DNA of 32,000 nucleotides from Mycoplasmoides pneumoniae FH (GCF_001272835.1 NZ_CP010546.1:512809-544808), one strand, 5' to 3'; positions 13,301 to 27,252 are shown, counted from the stretch's first letter. Notes: generated by a model from the sequence alone, not told the origin. Numbers and translations: made by a program.

Positions 13301-14105
13301 CAATGTCTTTTTCTTCGGCAAAGAAAGGAAAGGCATAAGAAGGTGTTAGTTTATCCTTTAACTTCTCTCTGTTATAGATCTGACCTAACCCTTGACTGGG
13401 AGCAGAATACTTATAGTTAACTTGACTAATTAAAGTGGGATCAGTGTACTCCACCCATTGGTCAAATACTTGGCTTTGAATTTTGGCGAAAAAGTCATCA
13501 TTAGTTTCACTAAAACGTGGGGCACTAAATTCAAAGTTTTTTCAGCTTTCTTCCTTGTGTAGTTCATCATAAGTAAATGGACCAGTAGAAACTTGTCCAT
13601 CTTTTTTGTAATTGAGGTAGTTCTTTTGGAAAACCCGACTAGCAAAGTCACTAATGAGCTGTTCAAGCAGCTTTTGCGCTTTCCAGGTTGCTTCACTACC
13701 ACCGGCGTTATCCAACAAATCTTGTTGCACAAAAAGTGATTTATTGCGTGATGCTGATACCACTTTATCGACTGCCGTTGTGTACTGACTGTCAACATTG
13801 GACTTAGTGTCTTTTAAAAACTGGGTAATCTTTTTGTCTTCGTTGTTTTCGTACCAAGCTTCTAGTGCTTTTAAAAGTGGTGCAGCGATAAATTGTTTGT
13901 TGGCCACTGGATTTTTTAAAGCCGTTGTTAGGGCACTTTGTAAACTACCCTGTTCACCATTGAAAAACTGACTGGAACGCGCTTTAAAAACGGTTTGTAA
14001 AGCCGAGTTGGAAGGGGTAGCACAAGCAGCTAAAATAACACTAGTAGACAGAAAACCGCCTAATGTTAAGAGTCAAAATTGGGGTTTTCTTAGAAACTTT
14101 TTCAT
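10371..14105 (-). CDS. large surface lipoprotein, array copy A, intact (1244 aa; MG307-like family)
   Basis: The same-frame track ORFs 13542-13907, 13269-13454, 11919-13007 and 10371-11825, plus an unlisted N-terminal segment, are joined only by TGA (near 14075, and at 13542, 13269 and 11919). The N-terminus [28 protein letters not shown] has a signal peptide and a lipobox Cys. The stop is TAG. Confidence 0.9.
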
Positions 14106-14258
14106 TAACGCGGTTTTTGCTCTCTAAAGGTTAAATTTTTGCTTTATTTTGGCACTTTAAAAGCTAGTTTTTACCTAAAAATAAGTATTGATAAGTAAGA
14201 AAAACTGCTTTAGTGCCCACTGGTGCAACTAGCTTAATCTCTTGGCTTAATTTTGTAC

Positions 14259-14264
14259 ATTTTA
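14259..14264 (-). promoter_or_regulatory. candidate -10 box (TAAAAT) for copy A
   Basis: TAAAAT on the minus strand lies in the B-A spacer, exactly 36 nt downstream of the A16 tract. The same arrangement occurs in the C-B spacer. It is followed by a conserved TTAAGCCAA. Confidence 0.4.
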
Positions 14265-14300
14265 AACCACGATGGCATGACAAACTTACAATTTCAAACG

Positions 14301-14316
14301 TTTTTTTTTTTTTTTT
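14301..14316 (-). repeat. homopolymer: T16 on + strand (A16 on the coding strand)
   Basis: I counted 16 consecutive T directly in the sequence. The tract lies in the 251-nt spacer between the copy B stop and the copy A start. Confidence 0.95.
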
Positions 14317-14356
14317 GAAAGAAATTGATTGCTTTAACTAACCTGCTTTTATCTAA

Positions 14357-17383
<3,027 letters not shown>

Positions 17384-18218
17384 AGGAAGGAGTAAGTTTA
17401 TCCTTTAACTTATCTTTGTTATAAATTTGACCTAAACCTTGATTAGGAGCTGAATACTTTAAGGTAACTGAGCTAATAATAGTTGGATCGGTGTACTCAG
17501 CCCATTGATCAAAAACTTCGCTTTGAATCTGCGCGAAAAAATCATCATTAGTTTCTGGAAAATTACCAGCATCAAAAACTATATTCTGTCAATTACTATT
17601 TTTTGAAATCGTGTCGTATAAAAACGGACCGGCTGATACTTTGCCATTTTCCTTATAAGACAAATAATTCTTTTGAAAAACTCGTGAAGCAAAATCACTA
17701 ATTAGCTGTTCAAACAGTTTGCGCGCTTTTCAAGTGGCCTCACTACCACCGCTACTGTCCAATAAATCTTGTTGTACAAATAAGGATTTATTGCGTGGTG
17801 CTGAAACTACTTTATCTACAACGGTTTTGTATTGGTTATCAACATTAGTCTTGGTGTCTTTTAAGAATTGAGTAATGTTTTTATCTTGATTATTCTCGTA
17901 CCAAGCTTCTAATGCTTTTAAAAGTGGAGCAGCTACAAATTTTTTGTTAGTTTCCGGATCTCTTAAAGCGGTGTTTAAAGCGCTTTGAATGGTACCATGC
18001 TCACCGTTAAAAAATTGGTTGGAAGTTGGTTTAAAAACTGCTTGCAGTGCTGAGTTTGAAGGTGTTGCACAGGCACTGAGAATAATACTACTAGTGGAAA
18101 GGCCACCCAACAATAAAAGTCAAAACTTGGGTTTTCTTAAAAAACTCTTCATTTAAAATAGTGCCGTTTGTTCTAAAAAAGAAAAAAGCAAGCTTACTTT
18201 TTGGCTTAAGGTTTTTAA

Positions 18219-18224
18219 ATTTTA
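18219..18224 (-). promoter_or_regulatory. candidate -10 box (TAAAAT) for copy B
   Basis: TAAAAT on the minus strand lies exactly 36 nt downstream of the A16 tract and 66 nt upstream of the copy B ATG. It is followed by a conserved TTAAGCCAA, as in the other spacer. Confidence 0.4.
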
Positions 18225-18260
18225 AAGCACCTCGATATTTTTGAAAAATTATTTCTAAAC

Positions 18261-18276
18261 TTTTTTTTTTTTTTTT
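18261..18276 (-). repeat. homopolymer: T16 on + strand (A16 on the coding strand)
   Basis: I counted 16 consecutive T directly in the sequence. The tract lies in the 163-nt spacer between the copy C stop and the copy B start. Confidence 0.95.
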
Positions 18277-18315
18277 GCAAAAAGTTGTTAGGCTTAAAAC
18301 CAATCTTTTAGCTCA

Positions 18316-20496
18316 CTATTTCAGTAAATCGATCCCTGTTTTTATGCGTTTATCGCCAATTGGTAATTGTGGTTTATTGATGGAACTTAAAGCCAGTTGT
18401 TGAGTACCTTTATCGGCTGCCTGGAATAATAAAAGCGCTGCTACAACATCACTGGCAAATTTGCTGCTAGTTCCGTTTGAACTACTCAAACTTAAACCGT
18501 CAATATCTTTATAGGAAAACTGCAAATAAGTGATCTTATCACTACCGTCGGTATAGGTTAAATAGTTGCCAGTTCCACTCTTACCAGAATCTCTTTGAAC
18601 TGCTTGTGCATTATTACCAAAGAAATCTTTGTATTGATCTAAAACATCCAATAAGAGTTTTTGCTTCGCTTTAAAGTCCAAAGTAGGATTGCCAACCGCA
18701 TCTGTTTGGAAGTATGCAGCAATTGTTTTTTGGGTACCACTGTTGCCACTTGTATTCGGTTTTAAGGCTATTAGTTGGTTGGCAATTCGGTCTAATAATA
18801 ATTGATTTTTAGTTTCGCCAATGATCTTTTTCAGGTCAGCTTGAGAACCATACTGTTGCAAGGAAGTTTTGGTTATTTGATCCAAAATGGCTTGCTGGGT
18901 AGCAGCACCTAACATCGAACCACTACTGGTACTCAAACCAGTAAAGCCATAACTGTTAGTTTGCTGATTGTTCATCTGCGTATTTTGAACCATCACAGCT
19001 GTATTAGCACTTTGAGTGGTTTTCGCTTCTGGTTTAGTGGTGGTTTTATAGAAGAAACTGTTGGGGTCTATAATTTGCGTAGCACTCTTAGCCGCATTCG
19101 TTTCGTTTTCGTAATTAAAGTAAGAACCGAATATACCTTGCGGGTTAGAGAAGTTCTGCGTTTCAGTATTCTTGTAAGCAATAAAAGCAATTTCACCAAA
19201 CTTGAGGTTTGCCTTTAATAAATCCTTGAAGTTCTTTAGGTTTTTGTCTACCAACCACTCTAAGGTATAGATAAAGCGGTAGTGTTCAATCACTGCCTTA
19301 TAATCTACATTAAAGGACTTTTCGTTAATACTACTGTCAAAAGCCAATTTAAAGAGATCATCAAATTTGTCATCCTTAGGGTTGCCATAAATTGATTTAT
19401 CGGTTAGCTTAGCTCAAGTGTTGTAGTAATAGTTGCCAATGACTTTGCTCAAAGCATCGGCATCATCGTTGGTGGTTGTACCACTTTTACCACTTCCACT
19501 AGTTTTTGCTTTATTTTGAATGTTTTCGAATAAAGTCTTTGCTTTTTTAAACAAACTGTTTTGATCAAACATTTGTTTGAGCAGCATAAACGAAAGCGGG
19601 TTAACCTTTTTCGGATCTAGTAAAACTGCCAAACTTCAATTAGCGCCAGCAGACCACACCTTATCATTGTTAATGTTTAACAAGATTACGTTACTGTAAG
19701 CTGGTCGGGGTGCTAAGGTAGGTTTGAGTTTTTGGACAAAAGTTTTGAGCTTACTGTCGATGTTGTTCAAAATCTTTTCCCTAATCTTGTTAACATCTTC
19801 AGTTTTAGTTTTGAGTTTGCTTTTTTCTTCACTGACATTAGTATCCTCAGTGCCCACCTTAGGTCACAAAACTTTGGTAATTAAAAAGGTAAAGTAGTTG
19901 TTTAACTTTTCGTAATTACCGTTAGTGTTAACGTAAGGTAGTTTAGCCGATAACCCATTTAACCAAGGGGTAGGATTGGCTTGGTTAACATTTTGGTTTA
20001 AGCTCCGTACTCGTTCTAACAGCTTATTGTTGAGAGCTTTCATTTGGTCAAAATAAAAGCTAATCATGGTGGTAGCTAAACCAATCGGGGTGTATTCACT
20101 CAATCAGTTTTTATAAGAACTAAAAGCATCCACTAAGGCCTTACTTGCTTTTTCCTTTGTGTCTAAAGTAACTTTAACTAAGGCGTTCGCTAAGATCAAT
20201 CCGCGGTGTTTGTCAAACCAACCTTTTAAAGTTTCGTTTAGGGGAAAACTAAAGGCAAAGTTAGTGTTATAAAATGTGCCAATTTTGGCTTGAAAAGCAC
20301 GGAACTTTAAGAATTTCTTTTGCTCTTCTTTATCAATCTTTTTGGCACTACTAGAACCGCCATTGCTACCTCCGCTACCGCCTTTTATGAATTTAACAAA
20401 ACCATCAAGTCCTAAAACTGATACGCCAACACTGTTACGCACAAGTCTCAGGCCAAAAGTGTTATATTGATCTTTAGTTTCTCCTTGCTGTTGCAT
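18316..20496 (-). CDS. copy C fragment 4: C-terminal two-thirds (726 aa)
   Basis: ATG 20496 lies two codons after the nonsense TAA. Track ORFs 20104-20496, 19864-20103, 19636-19857, 19414-19632 and 18316-19347 share one frame and are joined by TGA only. The stop is TAG. Confidence 0.5.
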
Positions 20497-20502
20497 TTTT
20501 AG

Positions 20503-21273
20503 TTAGGCAACTGTAGATGTGTTTAAAGAAATTAAGGTACCGTTATGAAGACTCACTGAACCTTGACCCTGGGTGCTGACTTGCTGTTTAAAGGTAGGAA
20601 TACCAGCATCTAATAGAACATAACTGTTCTTTTGTTGAGTTTGCGATTTATTTCGCAAAACAACAGTGCCTCTTGCTTGTGGGGTTTGCGTTTTAATTTC
20701 CGCTGTCTTTTTAATTTGTTCTGCTAACTTGCCTAGATTAGTTTTTTGTTCCACGTTTGTGGCAAAGATGTCATCTAAAGCTTGGGCAATGGGATCGGTA
20801 TTTGTGGTTCCAGAGTTTTGATTATCCTCATAAAAAGAAGAATTAGTTTTGCTCACATTTTGTGCATCACTACTCTTATCAATCACAATCACGTTGTTAA
20901 GGTCATCTTTGAGCTCCTTAAATTCGAGTAGCTCATCCTTCTCTTGACCCAGTCGGTCTAGTTTAATGTTGAGCACAGCGGCTAAATCAGCTGCCTCTAA
21001 TTGATCGACAATGTTGGTGGCATCCACGACTTTTTTGGTCTCGTTAGTATCTGATAAGCTTAACGGAAAGTCAATTACTTGGCCTCTGTCGGTTCCCCGT
21101 ACATACTTGGTAAGGCCTTCTTTTTTGAACTCCTTTTGTTTGACTGCCATCTTGTTGTTGCTTTGGCTTTTCTTCAATCGCTTCTTCACCTTTAACCAGT
21201 TGTTTTCAGCGTTTATTGCCGACATTTTGACTCCCAGCAATTTCATCCGCTGCAGCAAAAAACGGAAAGGCAT
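20503..21273 (-). CDS. copy C fragment 3 (256 aa track ORF)
   Basis: Only the part from about [29 protein letters not shown] onward is homologous to copies A and B. The 5' part is out-of-frame overlap with fragment 2. It ends at the TAA nonsense codon at 20503-20505. Confidence 0.35.
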   Translation of the reverse strand: MPFRFLLQRMKLLGVKMSAINAENNWLKVKKRLKKSQSNNKMAVKQKEFKKEGLTKYVRGTDRGQVIDFPLSLSDTNETKKVVDATNIVDQLEAADLAAVLNIKLDRLGQEKDELLEFKELKDDLNNVIVIDKSSDAQNVSKTNSSFYEDNQNSGTTNTDPIAQALDDIFATNVEQKTNLGKLAEQIKKTAEIKTQTPQARGTVVLRNKSQTQQKNSYVLLDAGIPTFKQQVSTQGQGSVSLHNGTLISLNTSTVA

Positions 21274-21607
21274 AGGAAGGGGTTAATTTATCCTTTAGTT
21301 TGTCCTGGTTATAGATTTGCCCTAATCCCTGGTTAGGAGCCGAGTACTTTAAGGTAGTGAAACTAATAACAGTGGGATCGGTGTATTCCGCCCATTGATC
21401 GAAAACTTCGCTTTGAATCTGGGCAAAGAAGGCATCATTGATTTCGGGAAACTGGCCCGCATCAAAGACAATTTTGTCCCAATTGCTCGATTTAGAAATT
21501 TCGTCAAATAAGAAAGGACCTGATGATACCTTATTACCATCCTTATAAGCGAGGTAGTTCTTTTGAAAGACCCGACTAGCAAAATCGCTAATGAGCTGTT
21601 CAAACAA
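21044..21607 (-). CDS. copy C fragment 2 (no ATG; TTG at 21607)
   Basis: The translation [21 protein letters not shown]...NVGNKRW is homologous to copies A and B. It reads through TGA at 21206 to TAA 21044-21046. The open part of this frame contains no ATG, so independent translation is doubtful. Confidence 0.3.
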
Positions 21608-22040
21608 CTTCTGGGCTTTTCAAGTTTCTAACCCCCCCGGCGCTATCCAGCAAGTCTTGTTGGACAAAGAGGTTTTTGTTTCGGCTAGCCGATACCACCT
21701 TATCTACGGCTTGGTTGTATTGCTCATCAACACTCTTTTTGGTGTCTTTAAAGAACTGGGTGACCTGTTTGTCTTGGTTATTTTCATACCAAGCTGTCAA
21801 TGCCTTTAAAAGGGGAGCAGCGACAAACTGTTTGTTGGCCTCTGGATCTTTTAAAGCAGTGGCTAAAGCGTTTTGTAAACTACCCTGTTCCCCGTTGAAG
21901 AACTGGTTCGAACGTGCTTTAAAAACAGTTTGGAGTGCTGAATTGGAAGGGGTAGCACAGGCAACTAAAATAACACTTGAAGAGATAAAGCCACCAAGGG
22001 TTAAGAATCAAAACTGGGGTTTTATTAGAAGTTTTTTCAT
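21588..22040 (-). CDS. copy C fragment 1: signal peptide, lipobox and N-terminal domain (150 aa)
   Basis: The N-terminus is [28 protein letters not shown]. After the G7 run the frame reads through TGA at 21600 and ends at TAG 21588-21590. The ATG overlaps the helicase 3' end. Confidence 0.5.
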
Positions 22041-23254
22041 GAACGGCGTTGTTTGCGCTTGGCAAAGAGTTCCGCAATCTGCTGCTTTTGGCGCTTCTTA
22101 TAGTTAGGCTTGACCTTCTTGTATCCTGCCTTAATCCGCTTAATGGCAGTTTTAAGTTCACTGGATACTGCTGGTTTTTGTTTGCTTTGTTTAAGTTGGG
22201 GGAACTTTAAAGTACCATCACGTTCTAAATGAACACTGTTAAACAAAATACCTTTATGGGCAAACTTAGTTAATTTGTGTTGGTTATGCGGTAAATCAAA
22301 CACATAGGAATTGCCCCAACTGTTAAAACGCGCTACTCTACCAGAACGGTGGATGTAAAAGCTATCCACTAGGGGTAAGTCTCATGAAATGACCACACTA
22401 AAGTGGGGCAGATCAATGCCGCGTGCTAGTAAGTCAGATACCACTAGTACCCTCACCGTGTTATTAGCGGCACTAGTAAAGATGTGTTTGCGCTCATTGG
22501 GCGTTAGTTGACCATGGAGGCTTTTAAAGCTAACTTGGTTGTGGGCTAGTAAACTAGTGAGTTGTTTGAGTGATTTAGCGTTGGAACAAAAGACCAAGAC
22601 CTGTTCGTTATGGTGGTAGTTGAGTAAAGCTAATAAACCAGCAAACGGTTCTTGACCGTTGAGGTTAAGCAGAAAGTGTTTCACCAAAGAGTGCTTTCAA
22701 GCACGTTTCTTTTGGTTGACGACCGTTAAAGGTGCGACTTGCTTGCGAATTTGCTGGAGCTGTTCGTTAAATAACGTGGCACTAAAAAAGCCAAAGTGAG
22801 GTTTATGTTTTTGAAACAGTTGGACACAGTTAATCCACTCTGCTTGGGAACTGTCCTCCAAAAACATGTCGACCTCATCAAAGACAACGTACTTAATCGT
22901 TTCGTGGAGAATAATGTCTTTGCCAATTAAGCTCACAATCAGGTGGGCATTACTGTTGAAGTTCTCACTGACCTTTAAACCAGTAAAGCTGGCTTTAATG
23001 TCGTTGAGGATCGTTAAAATTTGCCACTTCAACTCCTTAGTTGGTACAAACACCACCGCTTGGGGCTTGTTGAGCGTGACATCAATTTGGTTGAGCGCTG
23101 GTAAGAGGTAAGCGAATGTTTTACCACTACCAGTTTCGGCTATGCCAACCACATTTTGACGTGGTCAAACTTTAAACACAGCTTGTTGAATAGATGAAAA
23201 TTCAACAATGTGCTTCGTTTGTAAGAACGCTTGGAGTGGTTGAATGAAGTGCAT
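22025..23254 (-). CDS. DEAD-box (DEVD variant) RNA helicase (409 aa)
   Basis: The frame runs from ATG 23254, with four same-frame pieces joined by TGA (near 23166, and at 22697 and 22382). It then reads through TGA 22037-22039 to TAA 22025-22027. Motifs are AETGSGKT (I), PTKEL (Ia), DEVD (II), SAT (III), ARGIDLP (V) and HRSGRVAR (VI). The C-terminal tail is Lys/Arg-rich. Confidence 0.9.
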
Positions 23255-23260
23255 AGTGGT

Positions 23261-26200
23261 TTAAAAACGTCTTACCCATTGCGCACTAATAGAACTAAAG
23301 ATCCTAAAGTCACCTACTTTAACTAAACCCTTCTTATTACCACTAATTAAGGCGTTAATGGCTTGGGTTTGATTATTAGGATCCAAGGCTTCTAGCGCAA
23401 TTGCAGCGAGGAATTCTTCGAGGGAGAGGTTGAGGCGTTTGTCTTTGCTGGAATCTTCTTGCTTTAGAGAATCAGTGCCGATCTTCTCCACATCATCAAG
23501 GTTGACCTGTTTGACAAAGGTAGCGTGGTATTTGCCACCGTCACTTAAGAATTGGTAGGAAGTGTAGTTCTTTTCCTCTACCTTGTTATCACCAATGTAA
23601 CCATCAAAGCGGCTAAAGACGTCTTTATAGTTGGTATTTTGGTTATCTTCTTGTGTTTTCTTAATTTGTACTGTTGCAGATCTTGCACTGCGTGCACTTG
23701 TATCGCCTCTCTGTGCAGATTGAGTACTCTGCTTAAAGTTAGAATCAACAAAACTCGTTAAACTAGTTTTCTGTTCCGTTAAAGTTTTGTTTTTATCAAC
23801 CCCAGTAACATCAATGTTGAGGTCACTAGTTAAGTGGTTGTAAAGCGCATCGAACTCGGTTTGCGTTTGGATTCCGTTGATGATGTTCTTTAAGTTATCC
23901 ATCGAACCAAAGCTAAACAAGGCACCTTTGTAAGCGTTGTTGGTGGTGGATTCGGCGTCGTCAGCTTGTTGTTTTAAAACTAAGGTAGCTTTACCACTTT
24001 TAGCTGTGGTAATTAGCATTTGACCACCAACTTTAACGCCTTTTTCTGTTTGGTTAACAAACTGCTTAAACAAACGTCTACTTACCGCTTCGGGTAAACT
24101 ACCACTAGTGCTACTCGTTACAATACCCCTAAAGCCATAGCGGTTTTTGGCAGTTTTTGTGGTCATGCCACTAGCTTGATTTAAACTCCTTAAAACAGTG
24201 GCACTACTTTGTGCTGCGCCAGTACTACTACTAGACTTAGTGTAGAAGAAGCTTGAAGTGTCATCAGCAGCCCGGTTCACTTCTGGGGTTTTACTGTTGG
24301 TTCAATCATACACACTCGAACCAAACACAAAGTTCGGGTTTTTGACTTCGGTTTGGGTGATGTCACTATTATTATCACCGCCTTGGCCAGCTGCTTGATT
24401 TTGTGCTAGGGAAACGACTGATCTTAACTGAATTAAGCCAGTATTACTTGTGCTTGAAGCGGTACTGGATAAAGTTGATTGTGAATCATTTTTATTCTTT
24501 TCGCTATCCACACTTCAAACTAAAAAGGCATTGGAAGTACGCGACAACTTCGACTGTAAGCTTTGCTTATAGTTCTTTAAGTTGTCCTTTAACAACCAAT
24601 GGGCCGTGTAGAGGTAAGACAGATAATCAATTACATCATCACTATCTAAGCGCTCTTCTAAGTTTAGCGAGCTGTACAGTGTGTCCAAGACACCTTCGAT
24701 GCCCGTCTTAGTTGAAGAATTTTTATCAGATGAACCAACATGACCAAAGATTGATTTTTGGGCTTGTGATTCAAATAAGTCCAATAAATAGGTTTCTTTA
24801 AAAATCTTTCAGTTGTCAGCGGTGAGGTTGTTGTTACCGTTGGTGCCACCAGTACCACCACTTTGTTGACTAAAAGTTAAATTCGTAATATCAATAATCT
24901 TTTTAAACGCTTCATCTTCCTGGAAGTAACTGAGCTTAATGCTGTTTTGGAGCTCAGTACTGGTTAAATAGTTGTTTAGAGCTAAGTTAAGTCCTAAAGA
25001 GGTACTTTCAGGGGTAAAAGACAACTTAGTTTGCACTAAGATTACCTGGGAGTAGAGTGGGGAAGGAATGGTGAAGACTTTGAGTGCCTCTACATGTTTT
25101 TTAGCAGCTTCTTCTACCTTCTTCTTATTATCTTTAAGCTTGCTAACTACTTCTTCAGAGAAGTTTTTAGTTTGTCCTGTATTGGAAGAGGTTGTTTTAA
25201 CAGTACTAGTTCCTTTTTTATCAACATTATCAATAATGTCCTTGTAATAGTTACCAAGGTCATTATAGTGACCGGTTTTAGCATCTTGTTCGTAAGGTAA
25301 CTTAGCTGCCAAACCGTTCTGTTCAATCTGGTTATTGCGCTCGTTGTCAATAAAAGGTTGGTTACGTTCTGCTAGCTTTAAGGTAACCTTGTTTTCCGCC
25401 ACTGCAGTTTCGTTAAAGACTGCTTGTTTATAGTGGGCTTGAACAAGTTCTTTTAAATCCTTCTCAATTGACTTAATACTGTCAGCAAACTTCTTAAACT
25501 GGGGATAGCTTAAGAAGTTGTCTTTGTTGTTTGTATCACTAGAAAGATCTAATAAAGCTTCAAATAAGAATAAGATCCGGTTAGTGTCAAAGTACTTTTT
25601 GACCTCATCAAATAACTTAAAGTCGTATGTGGTGTCGGTATCCACTAAACCGTACTTGGTTTGCAAAGCCCGGAACAATAAGAATTCCTTTTGTTTAGCG
25701 ACATCACGACCACTTTCAGTAAGATAATGACTACCACCATCCACGGCCATTAAGTGGATGCCGTCTTTACCACGGGAGAGGATGTAGTCTGGTTGACTAC
25801 TAGAATCTTTTTTAACTTCAATTAAGTCAACAACCGCCTTACTACTGTTGCCAGTAGTAGTTTCAGTAGAAGATCCGGTGCTACTGCCGGTAGAGGTGCC
25901 ACCGCCGCCTCCAGAACCTCCGCCACCTGTTTGATTAGCATTAGTATTACCTATTTGTTGTTTATACTCACCAGCAAAGACATCTTTATCACCAAAGATT
26001 TTGACTAAGTCAGTTTTGTGGACGGTACTTTGTGTAGTTCCACCACCATCACTGGCAGTTTTTAATTGAATAGTTCCTTCAGATGATGAACTCGCAGCCC
26101 TTGCAGCGGCGGCTGCCTGTGTATTATTGTCAACAAAAAAGTTTTCAATAATACTCTTATCCTTAATGAGACTGTCAACTTCTTTACTATCAGCGCCCTT

Positions 26201-27235
26201 CGACTTTTTCTGCAGTGCTAAATAGCCCTGAATGAAAGCAGCAGAAAAACTCGGATCAAAGGTGTCGAACATGTCGCTCGCCTTTAACAACAATTTGCCA
26301 CCACTATCACTGGAAAACTTATTGGGAATATCAATCCCTTTGCTCTGGTCGTTTTTGTAACTCTTGAGGTTGCTAGCCAATAAGTTAAAGCCATTCGCTC
26401 CCTTAGTGCCACCACTCTGTTGGTTGTATTTGTTAAAGACCTGAAACTGGTAGGAAGGGGTTGGACTTTGAATTACTTTAGTGTTAAAGTAATTATCAAA
26501 CCCGTCAACGGGAGTTTCATTGGTAAACACGACCCGAGATACCAAGTTGGGGTTTTCATTGGTAATAAACTGGTCTAACAGTTTGTCTTGGATGGCCGCG
26601 TACACCGCATCATTGTTAATCTTGAGCTTAGCATTCTTATTAACAAATTTGGGTTGGAGCTTAATGTTTTTAAAGTTAGAGGTGTTTTCAATTAAGCTCT
26701 TGGTGGGTTTAGTTAAAGGACCTACACCGTCCTGGACATACTCGACAAAGTTCTTGGCAAAGATCCGTGAGATAAAGTCATCAATTATCTTGTTGTTAAC
26801 ATCACGCAGTTTTCAAGCGGCTTGATTACCGCCAGTGTTGTCAAAGATATCAGTTTGCAGGTGCACTAAATAGTTTTCGCGAAACTGGTTCCGTAGGTTT
26901 TGTTCTTGACTGACAAACGCATTATCCGTGTCAGCGGTAAAGCCGTTTAAGCGCTCTTTAATATCAGTATCATAATTGTCGTCATAAAAGGTGCGCAAAA
27001 CGGGTGCTAAACGCATTGCTAGATACTGGTTAAAACTCTCGCGGTTAATTAGTGACTTTTGCAGAATCGAGCTAAGACTAAAGTCAGTGCGATCAGCAAA
27101 AGCACTACTGGGCTTAAAAAGCCCCTCCACAGTGCTGGCTGTAGGCTGCGCACAGGCAACCGCGACTATACCAAAAGTGAGCCCGATTGCGGTGAACATA
27201 AAGGGCCACTTGACTTTACGCGTAAACGTATGCAT
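23261..27235 (-). CDS. large surface lipoprotein, distant paralog of the array genes (1324 aa; MG309-like)
   Basis: Five same-frame track ORFs are joined by TGA at 26813, 24809, 24515 and 24302. I translated the unlisted 26606-26812 gap and found no stop. The N-terminus MHTFTRKVKWPFMFTAIGLTFGIVAVAC has a signal peptide and lipobox. It shares motifs with copies A-C: DNTGGNQAAWK vs [21 protein letters not shown] vs [10 protein letters not shown], and NGLAAKLPYE vs [10 protein letters not shown]. Confidence 0.9.
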
Positions 27236-27252
27236 TCGCGTTCAAAATTTGG

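Larger units (their letters stand above)
18316..22040 (-). pseudogene. lipoprotein array copy C, disrupted by two frameshifts and one TAA
   Basis: The unit is 3725 nt, which is 3n+2. Homology to copies A and B moves between three frames. The first segment runs from ATG 22040 to the G7 run at 21632-21638. The second runs to about 21115-21195. The third carries an in-frame TAA at 20503-20505 and then stays open to TAG 18316. Confidence 0.8.

Noticed and set aside
13430-13798. Alternative-frame minus-strand ORFs overlapping real genes (13430-13798, 21349-21603, 21919-22161, 22726-22926, 24664-24861, 25147-25350, 27166-27411, 31295-31531, 3653-3865)
   Set aside because: Each overlaps a longer frame that carries clear homology or paralogy signal. 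None has motifs of its own.
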